DNA of 41,656 bases from contig JANRJA010000166.1 in assembly GCA_033764315.1 (NCBI GenBank), positions 1 through 41,656 of the forward strand, read 5' to 3'. The notes under the pieces are model-generated. The model made no database searches, had not been told where the DNA came from, and saw only the letters and a program-made list of their open reading frames with translations. The DNA comes from Oculatellaceae cyanobacterium bins.114. GTDB taxonomy: Bacteria; Cyanobacteriota; Cyanobacteriia; Elainellales; Elainellaceae. Below are positions 26,323 to 34,540 of the stretch, piece by piece; position 1 is the stretch's first letter; each line of letters begins with the position of its first letter. The translations under genes and the position numbers were made by a program.

Positions 26323-27666
26323 ATGGCATACGACTACGATTTGTTAGTGATTGGGGCAGGACCTGGCGGATTGGCAGCCGCCAAACGGGCTGCTCATTAC
26401 GGGGCAAAAGTGGCGATCGCCGAACGAGAGGCTTTAGGTGGCGTATGTCTAAACCAGGGCTGTATTCCTAAAACGCTAATGGCTTATGCATCACGCTTTC
26501 AACAATGGTTAGAGGATGCTCGTTGCTATGGCTGGCAATTAGAGCAAGCTCAGTTTAATTGGCAACAGTTTCGTAAGGCACGAGATCATGAGATCGAGCG
26601 GGCCCGCCAAAGCCATACCAAAACCCTTACTGAGTCAGGAGTTGACCTCTTATCAGGGCAAGCTATTTTTGTAGACCCTCACACCTTAACGGTGGGCGAA
26701 CAGACCGTGTGTGCTGACAAAATATTGGTTGCCGTTGGAGGCAAGCCAATCAAGCCTGATATTCCTGGAGTTGAGCATTGTGTCACCTCACGCGAGATGT
26801 TTGCTTTAGAAGAGTTGCCCAAACGGTTGGTCATTATGGGCGCAGGCTACATTGGCGTAGAGTTTGCCAGTACGTTTCGAGGCTATGGGGTTGAGGTTAC
26901 TCTGATCAACGCTGACGCAGAGATTTTATCGGGCTTTGACGATGATCTGTGTAAAACAGTCCACAATGGCTTAACAGAACGCGGTATTGGCATGTGGTGT
27001 AACACTAAAGCCAAACAGGTTGAGCCAGTCGCGGATGGATTGCAGATCACACTCTCTGGCAATTGCCCTGAGACGCTGATGGCAGATCTCGTGCTGTGCG
27101 CCATTGGTCGTACCCCCAACTTGGATGAACTCAAGCTAGAGCAGGCGGGTGTCGAGGTTAAGGAACAAGCGATCGCCATAGATGAGCAATACTGCACCAG
27201 TCAACCTCACATTTTTGCCGTGGGTGATTGCACCAATCGGGTGCCGCTAACACCTGTGGTGCGCACCGAAGGGCGCATCTTTGCCGACATTCACTTTGGC
27301 GATTCTCCGTGTCAATTGACCTATGATCTGATTCCCTCGGCTGTTTTTTCCCATCCTCAAGCAGCCGGAATTGGACTCACCGAAGCCAAAGCTCGAAAGA
27401 AATTTGGAGATGAGGCGATCGCCTGTCAGAGCATCCAATTTCAACCGTTGTTTAATCGCTTGCTCGATCATCCCACGTCACCCAATCTGTTTAAGCTGGT
27501 GCTGCAAAAGTCGTCGGGTCGAATTTTAGGAGCACATCTAGTGGGAGATCAGGCCGCTGAAATGATTCAAGGAATCGGGCTAGCGATGCAACAAGGCGTG
27601 ACCCAGCACAACCTTGAAACGATGATTGGCGTCCATCCTACAACCACTGAGGAACTGTTGAGTTAG
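26323..27666 (+). CDS. gor: Glutathione-disulfide reductase-like flavoprotein
   Basis: GAGPGG, GGVCLNQGCIPK redox disulfide, GAGYIGVEFA, GDCT...LTPV, HPTTTEE. Confidence 0.85.
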   Translation: MAYDYDLLVIGAGPGGLAAAKRAAHYGAKVAIAEREALGGVCLNQGCIPKTLMAYASRFQQWLEDARCYGWQLEQAQFNWQQFRKARDHEIERARQSHTKTLTESGVDLLSGQAIFVDPHTLTVGEQTVCADKILVAVGGKPIKPDIPGVEHCVTSREMFALEELPKRLVIMGAGYIGVEFASTFRGYGVEVTLINADAEILSGFDDDLCKTVHNGLTERGIGMWCNTKAKQVEPVADGLQITLSGNCPETLMADLVLCAIGRTPNLDELKLEQAGVEVKEQAIAIDEQYCTSQPHIFAVGDCTNRVPLTPVVRTEGRIFADIHFGDSPCQLTYDLIPSAVFSHPQAAGIGLTEAKARKKFGDEAIACQSIQFQPLFNRLLDHPTSPNLFKLVLQKSSGRILGAHLVGDQAAEMIQGIGLAMQQGVTQHNLETMIGVHPTTTEELLS

Positions 27667-27668
27667 TC

Positions 27669-28943
27669 ATGTCCAGGACTTCTATCAAAGTAGCGTTGAT
27701 TGCCGGAACTTATCATCCACAACAATGTGGGGTAGCTCACTACACCTTGCATCTGAGGGATGCGCTGGCTCAACGAGGCATTGATTCAACAGTACTAACG
27801 ACCCATGTAGCGGCTAAAGTCCAGGATGCCAGTGTCATTGGAGCCGTGACCGAATGGCGATTCACCGATCTGCTGTCGCTAGTCAAGACCATTCACAAAA
27901 CTCAAGCCCATATCTTACACATTCAACATGCCGCAGGAACTTATGGCTTCGATCGCACCATTTTTTTGCTGCCACTGGTGTTGAAACTCAGCGGTTGGCG
28001 ATCGCCCATTGTCACGACACTACATGAATATGGTTGGTGGGAATGGCAACCCCGATGGCTGCCTGCCGATTGGGTAGAAACGTTGAAAACCTGGGGACAA
28101 GAGCGCGGTTGGTGGGATCGAGAAGACGGATTTTTGTTGACGCAGAGTAACGCCATTATCACGACCAATGCAGAGGCTCAACAGGTCGTGAATTCACGTT
28201 TGCCCGATTTAGTAGACCGGGTTCAACAGATTCCCATTGGAGCCAATATCGCGATCGCCCCCATCTCTCGATCTCAAGCTAGACAAGCTCTGCGACAGCG
28301 GTGCGGCTGGGCTGATGATACTCTCGTCTTCGCGTTCTTTGGTTTTTTGCATCCCGTGAAAGGCTTAGAAACGTTGCTGCTTGCGTTTCAGCAGATTACA
28401 GCAACCTATCCAAAGGCTCGTCTGGTGTTAATCGGAGGCGTGGAAAGCCTTGCTTTGCCTGAGCTACAAGCAAAACACTATTGGGATCAACTGCAAGCCC
28501 ACATTGCAGACCTGAAGTTGCAACAGGTAGTCCACATGACGGGGTATTTAGACCCCATCGTAGTGTCTGAATGCTTACGGGGAGCAGACATAGGCGTGCT
28601 GCCATTCAATCATGGGGTAACGCTCAAAAGCGGTTCTTTGTTGGCGTTGATGGCTCATGAATTGCCTGTGATTGCTACCTGTGCCAATCCGCCTGACCCT
28701 GAGTTAGCAGGCGATCGCCTGCTGTACTTGATTCCCCCCCGCAACGAGGCAAGTCTGGTAACAGCCATGCAACATCTGGCAGGCAATGCAGACCTGCGAC
28801 ATCAATTGGCACAAGCCGGATCTCGATTTAGTCAACCGTTTACCTGGTCTAGCATTGCCGATGCTCATCAAGCCGTCTATCACTCTGTTTTGACGGCCTC
28901 TCCGTTGTCTAGTCCGTTTGCCGAGAGACCACTAACCTCATGA
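27669..28943 (+). CDS. Glycosyltransferase family 4
   Basis: CGVAHYT, VTTLHE, FFGFLHPVKG, ADIGVLPF. Confidence 0.9.
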   Translation: MSRTSIKVALIAGTYHPQQCGVAHYTLHLRDALAQRGIDSTVLTTHVAAKVQDASVIGAVTEWRFTDLLSLVKTIHKTQAHILHIQHAAGTYGFDRTIFLLPLVLKLSGWRSPIVTTLHEYGWWEWQPRWLPADWVETLKTWGQERGWWDREDGFLLTQSNAIITTNAEAQQVVNSRLPDLVDRVQQIPIGANIAIAPISRSQARQALRQRCGWADDTLVFAFFGFLHPVKGLETLLLAFQQITATYPKARLVLIGGVESLALPELQAKHYWDQLQAHIADLKLQQVVHMTGYLDPIVVSECLRGADIGVLPFNHGVTLKSGSLLALMAHELPVIATCANPPDPELAGDRLLYLIPPRNEASLVTAMQHLAGNADLRHQLAQAGSRFSQPFTWSSIADAHQAVYHSVLTASPLSSPFAERPLTS

Positions 28944-30061
28944 AACGTCACCCTCTGCACGTTGTCATATATACCGATGCTGCCGGAATGGGTGGTGCGG
29001 AAATTAGTGTAGGACACTTGATTGCAACAATATCTCCCGATATTCAAATCACTGTGGTGGGGGTTGTGGCTAATGTGGTAAATGCGATCGCCGATCGTCG
29101 TCCTCACACCACTCGGTTAGTACTGCCTACACCAAGAATTCACTCATGGGTTACTCATCTGGCAACCTTTAGACAACTGCAACCCGATATTATTCACTGC
29201 AATTTGTGTACTCCGTGGGCCTGTGCGATCGCTCTATTTACTGCACTTTTATTGCCTCATACTCGTGTCGTCCGAGTCGATCAGTTGCCACTACGGACAA
29301 CAGATTTAATCACCTGGTTAAGAACTCGGTTGCTGTCTCTGCGAGTGGATGCTCATGTGGCAGTGGGTCAAGCCAGTGCCCGCCGTATGGAAGATTTCTA
29401 CGCCTTGGGGCGGGATACGGTAATCTCAATCCCCAATGGGGTTCCAGACTACTGCTCCCAACTGTCGCCATCCCAAAACCCAGCCAAATCTGACAGGATG
29501 ATCGTCGGTAGCATCGGTCGGTTAGATGCGATGAAAGCCCACGATATCTTACTCAGGGCGATCGCTCAAGTGGATGGGGTGCAAGTTGTCATTTTAGGTG
29601 AGGGTGCAGAACGTCCTAATTTAGAACGATTAGCAGTAGAACTGGGAGTGGGCGATCGCCTCCAGTTACTGGGTTGGTTGGATGTTCCTCAAGCCTATTT
29701 ATCAGGGTTTGATGTTGTGGCTCTGCCTTCTCGCTCTGAAGGGTTTCCTCTAGCGATGGTAGAGGCGATGTTAGCAGCACGCCCAGTGATCGCCACTCGT
29801 GTCGGCAGTATGCCTGAAGCCATCATTGACGGACAAACCGGGCTGCTGATCGAAAAAGATGATGTAGAGGGGCTAGCTCACGCGTTACGGCGATTGCGGG
29901 ATAACCCTCACTGGCGATCGCAGTTGGGGAAAACCGCTCGTGAATTGGCGATCGCTCAGTTTACGGTAAAGGCAATGGCTCAGCGTTACGAAGACTTATG
30001 GGATAAGGTGCTCAGTGCCCCACAACGATCACGGTGGCGTGTCCCTCGTCCTAAAGATTAG
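28940..30061 (+). CDS. Glycosyltransferase family 4
   Basis: GGAEIS, IPNGV, IGRLDAMKAH, PSRSEGFPLAMVEAM; ATGA overlap with the previous gene. Confidence 0.92.
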   Translation: MKRHPLHVVIYTDAAGMGGAEISVGHLIATISPDIQITVVGVVANVVNAIADRRPHTTRLVLPTPRIHSWVTHLATFRQLQPDIIHCNLCTPWACAIALFTALLLPHTRVVRVDQLPLRTTDLITWLRTRLLSLRVDAHVAVGQASARRMEDFYALGRDTVISIPNGVPDYCSQLSPSQNPAKSDRMIVGSIGRLDAMKAHDILLRAIAQVDGVQVVILGEGAERPNLERLAVELGVGDRLQLLGWLDVPQAYLSGFDVVALPSRSEGFPLAMVEAMLAARPVIATRVGSMPEAIIDGQTGLLIEKDDVEGLAHALRRLRDNPHWRSQLGKTARELAIAQFTVKAMAQRYEDLWDKVLSAPQRSRWRVPRPKD

Positions 30062-30075
30062 GAAAAGGGCGATCG

Positions 30076-30528
30076 CTACCGATTAATCTGGGTTTCAACT
30101 CCGGCGACCACATCCGATGCGCCAGGTTGTTGCTCTGGTCGGCGAGTATACCACCACGCCCAAGCAATCAGAACGGCTTGAAACGGCAACCGAAACCAAT
30201 ACAACAACGGGTGATGCGGAATCCCTTCAATCGGAATGCCGTTTAGGGCCTGGTTAATATTGGCTGGAAAGACGGCAATAAATAACGCAATCAATCCCCA
30301 CGCAGCCGCTACGCTCACAAACGGAATCAGTAATCCAATGCCACCCAAAATTTCAAAGAATCCGCTGATATAAACCAATCCAAAGGGATTCGGCAATTCG
30401 GGCGGCACAATTTTGGCATATTCCTGTGGCTTGAGGAAATGAGTAATGCCAACAATAATAATAGCAACAGCAAGCATAACCCGCAGAATTTCTTTACGAC
30501 GATAATACGGTCGATCGATTGATTTCAT
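30076..30528 (-). CDS. DoxX-like membrane protein
   Basis: GITHF, YISGFFEILGG, AVFPANI, RLPFQ; four hydrophobic segments. Confidence 0.88.
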   Translation of the reverse strand: MKSIDRPYYRRKEILRVMLAVAIIIVGITHFLKPQEYAKIVPPELPNPFGLVYISGFFEILGGIGLLIPFVSVAAAWGLIALFIAVFPANINQALNGIPIEGIPHHPLLYWFRLPFQAVLIAWAWWYTRRPEQQPGASDVVAGVETQINR

Positions 30529-30569
30529 AACCTAATACATTGCTCACATTATTGATAAATCTCTACTAA

Positions 30570-30613
30570 ACGCTAGCAATTTAAAGTATCAATTTCGTCT
30601 ATCTTCAGATGTT
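30570..30613 (-). promoter_or_regulatory. Putative DoxX-gene promoter: shared palindrome + -10 box
   Basis: TCTATC-TTCA-GATGTT (30598-30613), 22 nt gap, minus-strand TAGCGT (30575-30570). Confidence 0.6.
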
Positions 30614-30716
30614 TTACAAATAGTGTCGTTGAACTGTCACAATCCTATTTGATTCGTGAAAAGCTCAGGAATACAGCCATTCGTCAATCTTCTTAGTAAT
30701 CACTCAACTCAAAACA

Positions 30717-31655
30717 ATGAATGAACCTTACTTTAAACAACCCGAACTAGGATTGGTTTGCATTACAGCATCCGAGCAGGTTCGGTTTAAGACCATGACT
30801 CGCAAACGGTTGTTGCAGTTTACCCCTATTGAGCAAGCTAACGTTTTACGCGATTTATATGCTCAAAACTTAAGGCGATTAGACGCAGCCATTAGCTTTT
30901 GCGAGCAAGAACAGATTCACCTCTATCGCTTGATTTCTGGGTTGTTTCCTTTTGCAGATGACTCAATCGGCGCAGATGTTCTCACAGAATTTGTTGAAGG
31001 CTTAGCGATTGTGGGAACACGGGCGATCGCGGCTGGAATCCGTTTGGTGTTACATCCCGATCAATTTGTAGTGCTTAACTCCGATCGCCCCGATGTTATT
31101 CAAAACAGCATCAAGATCTTGACCGCCCAAGCGCGGCTATTTGACCTGCTCAGACAACCGCGATCGCCCTGGGCACTGATGAACATTCATGGCGGCAAAG
31201 GCGATCGCGCCGACCGTCTGGTCAATGTCATTCGAGAGTTGCCTGATGCAATTCGCTTGCGGCTAACGTTGGAGAATGACGAGTATGCCTATGGAGCCAA
31301 CCAAATTGCTGAAGTGTGCCTTGCAGCAGGCATTCCAATGGTATTTGATGCGCATCATCATGCCATTCACCAACGTTTAGAAACCTACGAAGACCCCAGT
31401 GTGGCAGAGAGTTTAGCATTGGCTAAAACAACATGGCAAAACCCAGAATGGCAGTTGGTACACATCTCAAATGGAGCGGAGTCATTTGCTGATCCAAAGC
31501 ACAGCGATTACATCACATTGATGCCCAGTTCTTACCGCAACGTGCCTTGGATTGAAATTGAAGCAAAACAAAAAGAACGAGCGATCGCCCAGTTGCGTGA
31601 AGATTGGCTCATCAACACCTTCACGGCTCGATCTACAAAACTTCAAATGGCTTAA
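30717..31655 (+). CDS. uvsE: UV DNA damage repair endonuclease
   Basis: LGLVC, LYRLIS, HPDQFVVLNS, LENDE, FDAHHH, HISNG, KHSDYI, IEAKQKE. Confidence 0.93.
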   Translation: MNEPYFKQPELGLVCITASEQVRFKTMTRKRLLQFTPIEQANVLRDLYAQNLRRLDAAISFCEQEQIHLYRLISGLFPFADDSIGADVLTEFVEGLAIVGTRAIAAGIRLVLHPDQFVVLNSDRPDVIQNSIKILTAQARLFDLLRQPRSPWALMNIHGGKGDRADRLVNVIRELPDAIRLRLTLENDEYAYGANQIAEVCLAAGIPMVFDAHHHAIHQRLETYEDPSVAESLALAKTTWQNPEWQLVHISNGAESFADPKHSDYITLMPSSYRNVPWIEIEAKQKERAIAQLREDWLINTFTARSTKLQMA

Positions 31656-31764
31656 ATCATAATCTGACCATTTGAAGATTTTACTATCTCTCAAGTTAGT
31701 TAGTCTACAGTCAGAATCCAATGAATTCTTTAAATCTCAAACGCTTAAATTAGAGACATTAATC

Positions 31765-31989
31765 ATGGCAGAACAAACTGAAAAAACACCAGGTGAGCAG
31801 GCGTTAGAAACCACTCACAATCCAAAAGCGAGTCTTGAGAAAGCTCGTAATGCAGCCGAAGGGAAGAACTCCAATTCTTCTGGAAGTGCTGCACCCAGTA
31901 GTGCTCAAGAGCATATCCCCGGTACGTCTAACCCCAATGCGACCGATCTTCCGTCCTCAAATCGTCCCTTACCCGATGAAGCGACTTAA
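31765..31989 (+). CDS. Small hydrophilic, probably disordered protein (74 aa)
   Basis: ATG at 31765 is in frame with ORF 31672; rich in E/T/S/P/N. Confidence 0.65.
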   Translation: MAEQTEKTPGEQALETTHNPKASLEKARNAAEGKNSNSSGSAAPSSAQEHIPGTSNPNATDLPSSNRPLPDEAT

Positions 31990-32031
31990 GCCTTTTAGAT
32001 CACTACAACTGAAGCGTTAATTAGAATGCGG

Positions 32032-32089
32032 TGCAGGGGCTTCGTCGTGAGCACTCATACAAAAAGCTGGCTAGAGATGAAACCCCGCA
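32032..32089. repeat. Imperfect inverted repeat between convergent genes (REP/terminator-like)
   Basis: TGCAGGGGCTTCGTC ... GATGAAACCCCGCA. Confidence 0.45.
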
Positions 32090-32131
32090 TCCTAATCGCA
32101 AGGAACGTGAATTGACTGTCTACAATTCAGC

Positions 32132-32386
32132 CTATAACTCATCGGGTGTTTCAGGAGCAATCTCAATTCCCAATTGGCTCCTGTCAAATGGAGTTGGAGT
32201 TCCTAAATCTCCAAAGCTGTTGATCTCCACGCCAATATGTTCACCTGCTTTTTTTAGCTCTCGTTCAAACGCAGCAATATCAGTGCCGTAACCACAGCGT
32301 TCTGCTGCCGCTTCAATGCCCTGATTTGAATTTGCCTTGGCACAATCAATTAGATCAGTGCCATAAAGGGGTTCCGGTGATGCCAT
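32132..32386 (-). CDS. Small conserved-type hypothetical protein (84 aa)
   Basis: LYGTDLIDCAKAN...RCGYG...FERELKKA; SD AGGGG; own palindrome-bearing promoter. Confidence 0.85.
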   Translation of the reverse strand: MASPEPLYGTDLIDCAKANSNQGIEAAAERCGYGTDIAAFERELKKAGEHIGVEINSFGDLGTPTPFDRSQLGIEIAPETPDEL

Positions 32387-32419
32387 TGATTTATTTCCCC
32401 TACAAAGATTACTAAAACG

Positions 32420-32464
32420 ATTTTAGAAACAAATAGATTGATGACTACTCCATCAATAGACAGA
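32420..32464 (-). promoter_or_regulatory. Putative promoter of the 84-aa gene: near-perfect shared palindrome + -10 box
   Basis: TCCATC-AATA-GACAGA (32449-32464), 23 nt gap, minus-strand TAAAAT (32425-32420). Confidence 0.6.
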
Positions 32465-32664
32465 ACAAAAGATAGATAAATATACAGAAATCATAGGAAA
32501 AAGCAAATAGCGATCCTGATACCTTGAAAGGGCAGGACATTCAACCCGAAGAGGTCTACATTGTCGATCCTGCTAATGCTGAAGTGCGGCAAAGCTCACC
32601 CGTCAATCCGCGAATCAGCAAAAAATCCCTGGAATCTCCAGAAGAAGCTGTGCGTTAACCATAA

Positions 32665-33705
32665 TCAAAGCAGACATTGAACAGCGTTACATGCGCTCAA
32701 TCTAAGCTGATTGATCAGAGTTTGTAGGCGCGATCGCAAGGCTTGTGCTTTATGGTAAGCATTTGTGCGGCTGGGTTGCCAGTCGCGATCGCTCAATGGG
32801 GTCTCGATCGGTTGAATGAAGTACCTTAACTGGGTACGATTTGCCCACACCCCCATAGACGGAAACAAGATAAACACCAACACCAACAGGGACAACGGAA
32901 ACATGGGCAATCCCAGCCAACGAGCGATCCGTTTAATATTCACTGTCCAAGGATGGAGGTTCTCACTGCCCAGGCAAGCCACAGGCAGAATAGGGATTTG
33001 ATGGCGATCGCTCAGTTGCACAAAACTAGGAGCAAACGTTGCTAACTGATATCGATTGCGCCATCCCTTTGCTAGACCTCGCCAGCCTTCTGGGGCATAC
33101 AACACAACGGCATTGTCTGACTGTGACTGAAGCACCAACTCAAAACTCTCAAATTCAGCTCTGACACCACCCAAGGCTTGCGACCACCCTACAGGCAACC
33201 ACCACCGCAACCAGGGATGGTCGAAAAAGATTTCATGCGCCAAAGGTTGTGGAAACCAGCCTCGCGCCTCAGTTAACAACACGCCCAAGCTGACAATATC
33301 CCAGGGAAAACACATCCCTGCATGGTTCATCGCAATGATCAAACGACCCGTTTGGGGCAAGTTTTCGAGTTGATGCAACTCCGCCCGAAAGTGGCGATGC
33401 ACAATAGGAGTGAGGATCTCTTGCTGAAAGGCCGACTGATAGTGAGGGTCAATGGCTTGTGCCGTGCCACGAGGAGCACGACACCCCAACCGCAACCAGC
33501 GCAGCAACACCGCCAGATAAAACCCCCCTGGCAGCAAAAACAATAGATATTCCAGACTGTTCCAACCGTCGGGGTCAGCGTGATAGTGCTGCCAGTGGCG
33601 ATTAAACAAAATTAACCACCCCGGCGGATACCACAAGCAAAACCAATCAAACCACCGAAATCTGTAGTGTTTAGGGGGTTTGCTAACGAGGCGATCGCTC
33701 AACAT
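32665..33705 (-). CDS. Lysophospholipid/glycerol acyltransferase (LPLAT, PlsC/DGAT2-like)
   Basis: AMNHAGMCFPWD, LYAPEG, IPILPV; Trp-rich N-terminal membrane segment; SD GAGGAG. Confidence 0.85.
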   Translation of the reverse strand: MLSDRLVSKPPKHYRFRWFDWFCLWYPPGWLILFNRHWQHYHADPDGWNSLEYLLFLLPGGFYLAVLLRWLRLGCRAPRGTAQAIDPHYQSAFQQEILTPIVHRHFRAELHQLENLPQTGRLIIAMNHAGMCFPWDIVSLGVLLTEARGWFPQPLAHEIFFDHPWLRWWLPVGWSQALGGVRAEFESFELVLQSQSDNAVVLYAPEGWRGLAKGWRNRYQLATFAPSFVQLSDRHQIPILPVACLGSENLHPWTVNIKRIARWLGLPMFPLSLLVLVFILFPSMGVWANRTQLRYFIQPIETPLSDRDWQPSRTNAYHKAQALRSRLQTLINQLRLSACNAVQCLL

Positions 33706-34070
33706 GACTCCTCACAAAAATCCCTGATTCTATCCTCCCGTTGAGGGCGGCATTGGCATTCATTCTAGATGCAAAAATTTAGATAGAGAAAAAGAAAATA
33801 GCCCAAGATGAAATTCGATCTTCACAAAAAGATTAGAAAATGTACTCAATTATGCCCACATTCCCCATGAGATAGACGACAATAGAATTTGCATTGCCCC
33901 AGAACAATACCAACGCATTGTGTGAGAGGTTTTTAGCCTCGTTCCTTGTGTCAGTGGCGGTTTAGCGATCGCTTTCAGTGACATTAAGTGAACTATTAAA
34001 ACGCGTTAGAGTTGTATCTGTGCCTTTGCTACAAACTATTTCTAGAGCAAATTATTCAATGACTAATTTG

Positions 34071-34154
34071 CCCTCATTCCAACCCTTCTTCCCTGGGAGA
34101 AGGGCTATCAGCTATTCCGGTTCCGTCTCCTGTGAGAAAAGGATTAGGGTGAGG
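34071..34154. repeat. Degenerate cyanobacterial palindromic dispersed repeat
   Basis: CCCTCATTCCAACCC ... GGATTAGGGTGAGG termini; internal CCCTTCTTCC-CT-GGGAGAAGGG hairpin. Confidence 0.55.
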
Positions 34155-34540
34155 ATTAGAACTAGCGGGCATTTTAGAAAAGTTGCATATTAAATATCCA
34201 ATTCCTGTTTAGAGCCATTGTCTAGAGCGATCTCCGTTTCACACATCACTCCGTTGACAGAAGACCTTCCCTCGTGTGTATTAAATGCAACATCTTTAGT
34301 GTTCTTTTCTTGAGATTCAGGTAATAGTCATCTTATTACCGATGGTTTCGAGGATGACGCTGGCTGGGTTAATTCATTTTATGAACGGCATTGCCCCCAA
34401 GGTGCATGTCTCTCAACCTTGACTCAGTCGGTCTCAACGAAAAGCCTCAAATCTACAGCACATATCTTTTAGTAAAAAATTAATCCTAATTACTCTCAAA
34501 AACAGATGGGTTTGATGACCCCTTAGGAGAAATCAGGGTC

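Noticed and set aside
14290..30061. Reading the cluster as an ordinary LPS inner-core (waa) locus or an anti-phage system
   Set aside because: No Kdo/lipid A, hldD, waaP or waaL genes and no nuclease, ATPase or toxin domains here; an LPS role using genes elsewhere is not excluded.
33978..34330. ORF 33978-34193 (+) and a minus-strand open frame 34327-34190 (LLPESQEKNTK...QELDI)
   Set aside because: The first runs through a palindromic repeat; the second has no start codon near its 5' end. No riboswitch or ncRNA was recognisable in this intergenic region.
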